Below, piece after piece: positions 19,867-28,141 of a stretch of DNA of 64,000 nt. The first letter of the stretch is position 1; each line of letters starts with the position of its first letter. The stretch is taken from the NCBI GenBank assembly GCA_965248575.1, contig CBDFJQ010000002.1:2464001-2528000 (forward strand), read 5' to 3'. The position numbers and the translations under genes are program-made. This stretch comes from Planctomycetota bacterium. Its GTDB lineage: Bacteria; Planctomycetota; B15-G4. The notes under the pieces were generated by a model. The model saw nothing but the letters and a program-made list of their open reading frames with translations, ran no database searches and had not been told where the DNA came from.

Positions 19867-19911
19867 CGCCCAAGATCAGCGAACGCCCTGCAACACAAAC
19901 TCCAACAGCCC

Positions 19912-21096
19912 CTACCCCTCCCTTGCGTCCCAGGCCTTGAGCACCGTCTGCTCCATGTCGGCGGGCAGGCCGAAGCGCAGGTTCTTGCGACGGTCCTCCG
20001 GCAGGCTCAACCACCACTTGAGGGTGGCCGCCGCCGTGTCCTCGGGCGTGCGCGTCGTGAGCCCGGCCTTGATGGCACGCGCCGTGCTGACCTGCCCGAA
20101 GCCCTCGTAGCCGGGGAGCGTCGACGGCACCCAGGCCGTCATGTGCTGCCAGGGTTGCACCCCCTGGCCCATGAGGAAGTCCGTGTCAGCCCAGACGAGT
20201 TCGGCATCGGACTTCGTGGCTGCCAAGACGCCTTCCAGCATCGTGCGCATGGTCAAGCCCGCCTGCGGTGTGACGGCGTTGAACACGCCCGCCGTGCGTT
20301 GCTCGGCACAACGCACCGTCCACTCCGCCAGGTCTCGCACGTCGATGATCTGCGTGAAGTCGTCGCCGGTGCCTGGAGCGAGTACGCGCCCGCCACGCTG
20401 GATGCGGTCCACCCAGTAGGTGTAGCGGTCCGTGGTGTCTCCCTTGCCCACGATCAGGCCGGGGCGCACGTTGGCGACACGCCCGGGCATGAGCGCCTCG
20501 GCCTTCTGCTCACAGAGGGCCTTCAAGGCGCCGTAGCTCTCGTTGGTGACCTCCTCGAAGCTCTCGTCCTCGATCGTGGCGACGGGCGCGTCCTCATCCA
20601 TGCCCACATCGTTGCGCTCTCCATACACCGAGATGGTCGAGATGAAGGAGTAGTGCTGGATGCGGTCCTTCAAGCGCCCCAGCACCATGTCGACGACGCG
20701 CGGGTAATAAGCCGAGGTGTCCAGAACGGCATCCCACTCGCGGTCCGTGCCGAGGGCTTCGAGGTCCCTCGCCTCCTTGCGGTCCCCCTGCAGGGCCTCC
20801 ACCTTCTCGTACTGCTCCGTGAAGATGCTGGGCTTCGTCTTGCCCCGGTTGAACATGGTCACTTCGTGGCCGCGCTCAAGCGCCGCGTGAATCAGGTGCG
20901 GCCCGAGGAAACCCGTGCCACCCATGACGAGGATCTTCAGGGACTTGTCTGCCCGTCCGAGCGGCACGCGTGCAGCCGCGCTGAGCGGCGCCGCGAGACC
21001 GGAGGCCAGGGCTCCAGGGGCCAGCGAAACGGCCGCGGCGGCGGCGGAGGCTGTGGTCAGGAAGTCGCGGCGGGTCTTGCGAAAGGAGTGGGTCAC
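19912..21096 (-). CDS. NAD-dependent epimerase/dehydratase (isoflavone reductase-like) with twin-arginine signal
   Basis: TRRDFL Tat motif, GGTGFLG Rossmann motif, YGALK and RPGLIVG. Confidence 0.9.
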   Translation of the reverse strand: MTHSFRKTRRDFLTTASAAAAAVSLAPGALASGLAAPLSAAARVPLGRADKSLKILVMGGTGFLGPHLIHAALERGHEVTMFNRGKTKPSIFTEQYEKVEALQGDRKEARDLEALGTDREWDAVLDTSAYYPRVVDMVLGRLKDRIQHYSFISTISVYGERNDVGMDEDAPVATIEDESFEEVTNESYGALKALCEQKAEALMPGRVANVRPGLIVGKGDTTDRYTYWVDRIQRGGRVLAPGTGDDFTQIIDVRDLAEWTVRCAEQRTAGVFNAVTPQAGLTMRTMLEGVLAATKSDAELVWADTDFLMGQGVQPWQHMTAWVPSTLPGYEGFGQVSTARAIKAGLTTRTPEDTAAATLKWWLSLPEDRRKNLRFGLPADMEQTVLKAWDAREG

Positions 21097-21099
21097 GGC

Positions 21100-22614
21100 T
21101 CAGGCTCCGTTGATTGGTTCGGATGCAGTTGAAGAGAGTTCGGCGAGGGTTTTCTGGCGGCGGCCCAGGTAGAGGCCAAGCACGACCCAGAGCACAGCGA
21201 AGGGGGCGATGACGACGGCCAAGCCGCCAAGGACCGAGCTGAAGATGGCGGGGATCTTGACCACCAGCATGCTGAGGCCTCCATCCGCGGCGGCACCCAC
21301 GGCATCGCCCGTGCGATACACGAAGGTGTCGATCAGGCTCTTGGCCTTGTACTTCTCGTCACGCGATACCACGGTGAACAAGGTCTCGCGGGCGGGACGA
21401 GCGATGGCGTACTTGGCCGCGCTGAAGACGGCCATGAGCACGGCGATGGCGATGAAGGCCTGGTCCGGGCTCATGCCCGCGCTGTCCCCCACGCCCATGG
21501 CGATCAATCCCACCGCAGCCAGGATGGGCAGCACGGCAAGCATGCGCCCCACTCCAAAGCGTCGGATCAGGCGCCCCGTGAGACCGAGCTGCACCAACAG
21601 CGTGGCGAACTGCGTGTAGAAGCCGATGTCCGCGAAGGCCTGGGTGCGAGAGGTCATGTCGTCCGTCATCTTGGTGACGATGCGCGCCTGAGCGAAGTAC
21701 AGGAAGGTCGCCACCACCGTCATCATCATGATGTACCCACAAACGCCTGCCAGGTAGGGCGAGTGCGTGACGGCTCGCAGGCCCTCCAGGGCACCGCTGG
21801 GGGCGGACCGGTCGTCGCGCTGGCTACGCGTCGCCGAGAAGCTGGCCAACATCGCTTCGACAGCGTACCCGCAGCCCGGACACGCACGGTCTAGGTCCAG
21901 GCCGCCGAGCGCCTGCGAGCAACTTGTGCAGCGCGTCTCGGGTGGCAGGCATCCTGCTGCGCGTGCCCCGGCCAGGAGGCTCGCCTCCCCATCGAAGCAG
22001 CGGGTCAGCCGCCAGCATGCGAAGACAGCCAGTTCGATGCAGAGGGCGGCGACAACCATCAAGCCCACATGACCGACGTCATCCACGGCGAAGCGCGTCA
22101 CCCTCAAGCCGAGCAATCCGCCGAGCGTTCCGCCGACCGCCACAACGGGAAAAATGCGCTTGGCCTGAGCAAGGCCGAAGCCATCGGCCATGAGCGTCCA
22201 GAACATGGTGGTGCAGAACAGATTGAAGACACTCAGCCAGACGAAGAACGTGCGCCCCGTCGCCACCCCCACCACATCGGGGAACCACGCCAGCAGACCG
22301 GCGAAGGCCAGCAGGTTCAGCACGAAGAAGTGGTAGACGAAGGGCAGTGACCTGCGGCGGTCCCAACGGCTGACGATGTAGCCGTAAATGGGGTTGACCA
22401 GCAGCATCACGGCCAGTGTGGCCATGAACAGCCAGCGCAGCTCACCCATGCCCCGCTCGACTCCCAAAGCCTCCCTCACCGGCCGGATCAGGAAGTACCC
22501 AAAGAGCACGAAGAAGAAGAACGCGCAGGCCCATGCCGCCTTGCGCCCCTCCCCGGGATGCAGGTTCAGCATGCGGAGAAGCGGCTTGGACGGGGGCGTG
22601 GAGAGCTCGGACAA
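21100..22614 (-). CDS. MFS-fold NTP/NDP exchange (TLC/NTT-like) transporter
   Basis: Y..IRPVRE, W.SVFNLF...FW..MAD.F...QAKRIF and RPARETLFTVVSRDEKYKAKSLIDTFVYR.GD motifs. Start uncertain (TTG 22614 or ATG 22572). Confidence 0.85.
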   Translation of the reverse strand: MSELSTPPSKPLLRMLNLHPGEGRKAAWACAFFFFVLFGYFLIRPVREALGVERGMGELRWLFMATLAVMLLVNPIYGYIVSRWDRRRSLPFVYHFFVLNLLAFAGLLAWFPDVVGVATGRTFFVWLSVFNLFCTTMFWTLMADGFGLAQAKRIFPVVAVGGTLGGLLGLRVTRFAVDDVGHVGLMVVAALCIELAVFACWRLTRCFDGEASLLAGARAAGCLPPETRCTSCSQALGGLDLDRACPGCGYAVEAMLASFSATRSQRDDRSAPSGALEGLRAVTHSPYLAGVCGYIMMMTVVATFLYFAQARIVTKMTDDMTSRTQAFADIGFYTQFATLLVQLGLTGRLIRRFGVGRMLAVLPILAAVGLIAMGVGDSAGMSPDQAFIAIAVLMAVFSAAKYAIARPARETLFTVVSRDEKYKAKSLIDTFVYRTGDAVGAAADGGLSMLVVKIPAIFSSVLGGLAVVIAPFAVLWVVLGLYLGRRQKTLAELSSTASEPINGA

Positions 22615-22784
22615 GAGGCGCTTGTGCCAGCTGGGGAGCGCAGAGGGCGTGCAGGATCGCGGCGAGGGTACCCGGCATTCCCGGGCGCTGCCTTGACGAT
22701 TCCGCGGCATGACAGCCCCGTTACTCCCAACAAGCCTGGTTTGGATGCGTGCCTCGAGCGGGGCCAGCACCGCACAATGCCGGC

Positions 22785-24110
22785 ATGAGCCCCTCGGAAC
22801 TCCAGCGCCCCTTGAGCCCGGCCGAGGTGGGCGCCTGGGTCATGGACAAGAGCGCATCCATGAATTACTGCCTCGTGGCGCGGGTGCGCGGCGGGCTTGA
22901 CCCGGACACCCTGCGCGTGGCACTGGACTCCGTCCAAGCCCGTCACCCAGCCCTGCGTGCGCGGGTGGACGAGCTGGAGGCTCAGCTCCAGTTCCGCTCC
23001 GGCGGCATCGGCGCCCTGCCCCTGGTGCAGGAGCGCGCCCCTGAGGACGGATGGTTACCGCACCTGGAGCGGGAGATCCACGCAGGCTTCCCTCCCGACG
23101 GCCCCCTGTTGCGTGTGCTCATGCTGCATCACGGTGACAACGCCTGCACGCTCCTGATGACATCCCACCACGTCATCGGCGATGGGCGTAGCGGCATCGT
23201 GTTCCTGCGCGACCTCCTGCAGTCGGCGAGTGCACAGCTCGCCGGGCTGTCGCCGGTGCTGCCGGAGCTCTGTGACGTGACGCCCATGGACGAGCGGCTC
23301 CCGGCCCATGCCCGGGGCCTGAGGGGGGTGCTCGGCAATCTGCGCTTCGTTCTACGTTCCCTGCTCGCTGCCAAGCGCCTGGGCTCGCCCATCAGCTTGA
23401 GGGTCGACCAGCCGCGCTCCGCGCACGAACGACGTACGCGCATCTGCCCTGTCGTGCTCGACGCGCAACGAACCAGACGTCTGCTCGACCGCTGCCGCGC
23501 CGAAGGCACCACGGTCCAGGGGGCCCTGGCTGCCGCCATGATCCTCGGCATCCTGCGCGACCACGACGTGAGCGGGCCAGTCCCGGTGAGTTTCGGCAAC
23601 CCCGTCGACATGCGTTCCAGCCTGGAGCCCGCCGTGGGCGACGTGCTCGGCTTCTTCGTCTCCATGGTGCCCTTCGAGGGGCGGGTGGCTGCGGACGACG
23701 ATCTCTGGGCACTTGCCAGGGGCGTTCGCGCAAACATCCAGCGAGCCTTGAAGAGGCGCGAAGAATTCGGCGTGCTGGCCATGTCGCCACGCCTCGTGGG
23801 CTGGTGTGGTGGAGGGCGGCTGTCTCCTGAAGCCTTCGCCGAAGCCTGGGAGAGCAAGGTGCACGGCACGGCTGGGCTCACGAACATGGGGCGGGCGGAT
23901 CTGCCGACGCAATACGGCCCCCTCTCGCTGGAGACCTGCCACTACGGCTTGTCCCCCTCCGTTCTGGGGCAGTTCACGGCCGTCGTCACGACCTTGTCTG
24001 GCCAGCTCTACTGGAACTTCTGTTGGCCAGATCCCACGCTCACGGAAGAGCACGCGGAGTCCCTCGTCCAAGGAATCCTCGCTGCACTGGACGCTGCACT
24101 GGACGCCTAG
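22785..24110 (+). CDS. Stand-alone condensation-domain / PapA5-like acyltransferase
   Basis: RHPALR, the catalytic HHVIGDG motif (HHxxxDG), CRAEGTTV and PVDMR. Confidence 0.85.
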   Translation: MSPSELQRPLSPAEVGAWVMDKSASMNYCLVARVRGGLDPDTLRVALDSVQARHPALRARVDELEAQLQFRSGGIGALPLVQERAPEDGWLPHLEREIHAGFPPDGPLLRVLMLHHGDNACTLLMTSHHVIGDGRSGIVFLRDLLQSASAQLAGLSPVLPELCDVTPMDERLPAHARGLRGVLGNLRFVLRSLLAAKRLGSPISLRVDQPRSAHERRTRICPVVLDAQRTRRLLDRCRAEGTTVQGALAAAMILGILRDHDVSGPVPVSFGNPVDMRSSLEPAVGDVLGFFVSMVPFEGRVAADDDLWALARGVRANIQRALKRREEFGVLAMSPRLVGWCGGGRLSPEAFAEAWESKVHGTAGLTNMGRADLPTQYGPLSLETCHYGLSPSVLGQFTAVVTTLSGQLYWNFCWPDPTLTEEHAESLVQGILAALDAALDA

Positions 24111-24176
24111 CCCCTGCTCAGGTCCGTGCGCAGCCAGGCCGTAGCCCACCTCCAGCCTCGAACGCGAACGCCCCCG

Positions 24177-25745
24177 TCAGGGCGTGATGCCCAGCAACGC
24201 ATTGCTGGCCGAGAAGCCAAAGGGCCCCTGGGGATCCACGACCCAGAATTGGATGTAGACCTCGAAACCGGAGGGCACTCCCACGGGCCAGGTGTTGTTG
24301 AGCACCAACTCGCCGCTGCCGTTCGTGGGGAAGGGGCGGGCGAAGCCCGGCGGCGTGGCGATGTCGGGCACGAAAACGCCTCCCATGAAGGGGACATTCC
24401 AAGGCTGGACCCCCGCCGCGAACCAGGCCGTCGTGCTCTCCAACGCGTTGCTGAGCTCGAGGCTCAGGGGGTCCCCGCCTTCCAACCAGCCGTCGGCGCA
24501 CAGCAAGGGGTCGCCGTGGGTCCCGGGCGTCGCTTCGGCAAGGTCCTGCCAAGGTTGCCCGATCACCCGATAGACGCTCGTGTTGTCCGTGATGTAGAGC
24601 TCACCGTCCCCGCCTTCACAGACAGACAGGATGAACTCGAAGTTGCCGCTCGGGTCCAGCTCGGCTGTCAGCTCCCGGAAGTCGACGGCGACACCGCCCT
24701 GCTCCCGAAAAGACCAGATCCGGTTGGTGCACCAATCACCGAACACGAAGCGCCCTTGAAAGCCGTCGATCGCCGTGCCCCGATAAAGCGCACCACCTGA
24801 GATGGAGCACCCTTCTGTGTGAGCGTATTCATAGACCGGGGGCACGAGCGGCGTCGTCACGCAATCGCAATTCCCGTTCGTCACGCACAGCGAACCCTCG
24901 GCACAGTTCCAACCGAAGTTCTGCCCGCCACCGCTGCCTGCTGGCACGAGGTTTACCTCCTCCCGATCGAGGAGGCCCACATCCGCGATCCAGAAGTCGC
25001 CAGTGAGCTGATCGAAAGCCGCTCGATAGGGCTGCCGCAACCCCAACACCCAGGCCGCTTCCTCCCCGCCCTGGCCCACGAAGGGGTTGTCCGCCGGGAT
25101 GCCGAAGTCACGGTCGGGGTCTGCCGGATAGTCGTCCGTATCCACATCGATGCGCAGCGTCTTGCCCCAGGGCGAAGCGAGGGACTGCGAACGAGCCCCG
25201 CCCCCATCTTCGAAGCCCGAGGTGTGGCCGTCACCCAAGGGGATGTACAGGTAGCCGTCCGGGCCGAAGCCCAACCAACCGCCCAGATGATGGCCCGGAA
25301 GACCGGGATAGGGCAGCACCAGGATCTCCTCGCGACTCGTGGGATCCGCGACGTTCGGGTCGGCGCTGACGGTGTAGCGCGCGATGGTGAGTCGGTCGCT
25401 GCTGGCAGGCCCGCGCGGGTGGTGCACGTAGAAGTAGCCGTTGGTCGCGTAGTCCGGGTGGAAGGCGATGCCGAGCAGCCCGTTGAAGCCCTCTCCTGGA
25501 ACGAGCGCACTGAGATCCAGGAAGGGCGTGGGCTGCAGCACGTCATTCAGCGCTAGATGGATCAGCCCGCCCTTCTCCAGGATGAACAGGCGTGACGCGT
25601 CACCCGGTGCCTGGGCCACGAAGGTCGGTGAGGAGAGCCCCGAAAACAGGAGCTCGCTGCCCACGACCGCCTCTCCGGCCAGGGCTCGGGGCTGGGTGCC
25701 GAGTACGGCACCCAGAAGCAGCGCAAGCAGACCGATGACCCTCAT
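24177..25745 (-). CDS. PQQ-dependent sugar dehydrogenase (glucose/sorbosone dehydrogenase family), secreted, with extra C-terminal domain
   Basis: GLLGIAFHPDY, GG.LGFGPDGYLYI..GDG, IPADNPF, GLRQP, NFGW and SISGG..YRG motifs. SD GAGGAG before ATG 25745. Confidence 0.9.
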   Translation of the reverse strand: MRVIGLLALLLGAVLGTQPRALAGEAVVGSELLFSGLSSPTFVAQAPGDASRLFILEKGGLIHLALNDVLQPTPFLDLSALVPGEGFNGLLGIAFHPDYATNGYFYVHHPRGPASSDRLTIARYTVSADPNVADPTSREEILVLPYPGLPGHHLGGWLGFGPDGYLYIPLGDGHTSGFEDGGGARSQSLASPWGKTLRIDVDTDDYPADPDRDFGIPADNPFVGQGGEEAAWVLGLRQPYRAAFDQLTGDFWIADVGLLDREEVNLVPAGSGGGQNFGWNCAEGSLCVTNGNCDCVTTPLVPPVYEYAHTEGCSISGGALYRGTAIDGFQGRFVFGDWCTNRIWSFREQGGVAVDFRELTAELDPSGNFEFILSVCEGGDGELYITDNTSVYRVIGQPWQDLAEATPGTHGDPLLCADGWLEGGDPLSLELSNALESTTAWFAAGVQPWNVPFMGGVFVPDIATPPGFARPFPTNGSGELVLNNTWPVGVPSGFEVYIQFWVVDPQGPFGFSASNALLGITP

Positions 25746-26035
25746 GCCAAAACTCCTCACCTTGACGACCGTGCGTGGCTGCCCCTTCTAGCCCGGGCAC
25801 ATCCTCTAGCGGAGCACCTCAGGAGGGTTACGGGTCATCTTCACACGCAAAGCGCCTGGCAGGGCCACGCAGACCTGAGAGACGCACGGGAGCCATGCGG
25901 CCCCTGGTTCGCTCCCGGCAAAAAGCAGCGGGTCCGCGCACCGCCCGCCCGTATCATCCGGTGGTCCTGCGTCCGGGTCGCTGTGTCCAGCCCCGAGCCC
26001 CTTTGCTCCCAACACGAAGCACTACGAGAGCGAGA

Positions 26036-26665
26036 ATGACCATGCTGAGCCTTTCCAAGCCAAGGATTCGTCGCTGTCTGGGTGCCATGCTGCTCGCGCT
26101 CCTGCCCAGCCTGCTGCTCACGGCCTGCGCGACCGATCCCAGCCGCTTCTATGTTCTGAGCTCCGGCGCCGAGGAGATCCAAGGCGCAGAATCCGCCGCC
26201 TTCCTGGTGGGCCTGCATCCGGTGGACCTGCCTTCGGAGGTCGACCGCTCCCAGATGGTGTTCACCGTGGCGCCCCATCAACGCCAGATCGCCGAGTTCG
26301 ATCGCTGGGCGGGCTCGCTCAAGGAGCATGTGACGCGCGTGGTGCGCGACGGCCTGGAGGCCCACCTCGGAGCCAACAGTGTCTTCACGCTGCCCCGCCG
26401 ATCCTCCCCTCCCCTTGACTACAACCTGCGCATCGAAGTCATGGACATCGACGCCATTCTGGAGGATCGCTGCGCGCTGCGAGCGCAGTTCCACATCAGC
26501 GATGCCTCGGGAATCTGGCTGGCGTCCCACAGCTTCCGCACTGTGAGTGAGTCTCCCTCGGAATCGGCCGATGGCATCGCCGCTGCCCTGAGCGACAACC
26601 TGCAGACGCTGAACGAGTTCATCGCCATGACCTTGGGCGAGCTCCGCTCGGCGGGTACTCCCTAA
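26036..26665 (+). CDS. PqiC-family (ABC-type transport auxiliary) lipoprotein
   Basis: Lipobox LLTAC, FYVLS, PVDLPSEVDRSQMV and EFDRWAGSL. Confidence 0.85.
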   Translation: MTMLSLSKPRIRRCLGAMLLALLPSLLLTACATDPSRFYVLSSGAEEIQGAESAAFLVGLHPVDLPSEVDRSQMVFTVAPHQRQIAEFDRWAGSLKEHVTRVVRDGLEAHLGANSVFTLPRRSSPPLDYNLRIEVMDIDAILEDRCALRAQFHISDASGIWLASHSFRTVSESPSESADGIAAALSDNLQTLNEFIAMTLGELRSAGTP

Positions 26666-26865
26666 TTCCTCACTCGGGAGCCCGAGAGGCCCCAAGAACG
26701 CCATGAGCCGGGGGAGCTCTCGCGCCTGCGCCCTTCCGTGATGGCGCAGAGGGCAATGGTCACACTTGCCGCCCGGGCGGCCCTCTCATCCAGACACTCG
26801 CTCTTCGGGCCCTGCACATCACGGGATGTCGCTCGCCTGGGGTCAGGCCTGGTTGGGAGTCCGTC

Positions 26866-27909
26866 ATGGGACCCGTGTTTCCTCATCTCGCACTGCTGCT
26901 CGCTCTCGGCTCAGGGCCCAGTGCGTACGCCGCCAACGACTCGGCCCCGGTTCCGGCGACCTTGCAGGCGCCCGCCTTCGCAGCCAGCGCCCTCCTGGAC
27001 GTCGAAGACCTCAGTCCGGGCGAAACCTACGCCGTGCGCCTCATGCTGGAGGTGAGTGGCGAGATCCAGCCGCTCTTCCAGTGGGAGGACCCGCGCAAGG
27101 CGGGCGAGCTGCGGAGACCGATCCTGCAGATCGAGGCGCCGGATTGTGTGCGCCTACTGGGTGAAGCGCCCACGCAACTGACGACGCCCGGCGACTTGCA
27201 GGAGAGCTACCTGCGCATGCCCTTCGGGCGTCGGCTGCTCGAGAAGAACACGGACATCGAGTTCGAACTCGCCTCCAAGCCCCAGGACGGCGACACCCTC
27301 GGTCTGAACATCGTGACCTACCTCGAGAGTGACGAAGAACCAGAGCAGGCGCGATTCGTCCGACTGCGCATCGACCTGCCGCTGAAGTCCGGTGCACAAG
27401 CCCGAGGGTTGCCGGCCAGCAGTTCCCGCTGGGCCGAGGCGACAACCCTCGCGCTCGGAGACAAAGCGCCCGCATTCGACCTGCAAGACGCGCGCGACGG
27501 AAAAAAGGTCTCGCTGCAAGACGTGCTGCAGAAGAAGCGGGCGCTCGTAATGGCCTATCGCCGCTCCACATGAATCTACTGCATGCAGCAGCTCGTTGAG
27601 CTGCAAGACCTGTATCCGGAGTTCGAGACCCGCGGTGTGGAGATCATCGCGGTCTCCAATGACGAGAAGAGCTTCATGGCGCACACGAAGGTGATCGGTC
27701 AGCTGGGCGAACGCCCGCCGTACCCGATCCTGTGCGATGCCAAGCGCAAACACACCACAGCCTACGAGCGCACCACTGCTTACCTGGTGGAACGCGACGG
27801 GAGTATCGGGCAAGTCTTCCCCATGGAAATCTACGACCGTCCACCTTGGTGGGCGATCATCAACGAGATCGATCGACTCGACGCTGCGGCGGAATGGAGA
27901 GCCCCCTAG
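26866..27909 (+). CDS. Putative exported selenoprotein: N-terminal beta-rich domain + AhpC/TSA-like redoxin domain with UxxC (TGA 27571-27573 read as Sec)
   Basis: LALGDKAPAFDL...LVMAYRRST-U-IYCMQQL.EL...F...GVEIIAVS.D forms one continuous redoxin fold across the TGA. The TGA falls at the first Cys of the CxxC. Hairpin follows the UGA. Confidence 0.88.
27588..27604 (+). promoter_or_regulatory. Candidate bacterial SECIS hairpin
   Basis: GCAGCTC-GTT-GAGCTGC, a perfect 7-bp stem. GU lies at +22/+23 after the in-frame TGA, the same register as at 1149. Confidence 0.72.
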
Positions 27910-28001
27910 CGTTACCCGCTGGTTGGCGCGCACGACAGACTCGCACGCGTTCGGCGTGCACTGCGTGCGTGCCGGCACATCCGATCGACTCCTGCAAGAC
28001 G

Positions 28002-28037
28002 ACGCGGGCGCACCCAGGAAGCTGGGTGCGCCCGCGT
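28002..28037. terminator. Strong intergenic hairpin, possible terminator
   Basis: ACGCGGGCGCACCCAG-GAAG-CTGGGTGCGCCCGCGT, a perfect 16-bp stem. Only a weak T-rich tail. Confidence 0.5.
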
Positions 28038-28141
28038 TCTTGTGTGTCACACCTCGCGCTTGTGCGGCCCCCTGTTGGTGAGGCGCATGAGATTGCGCAC
28101 CGCCCCCTTCCCTCCCCCCGACTCTTGTGGAGACATCACAC

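Noticed and set aside
1149..27573. Genome-wide reassignment of TGA to Trp or Gly as the explanation of the in-frame TGAs
   Set aside because: Many genes here end at TGA at their expected family C-terminus, often in ATGA/GTGA overlaps (bat operon, blaI/M56), and TGG is used for Trp. Only the two Cys-position TGAs look recoded.
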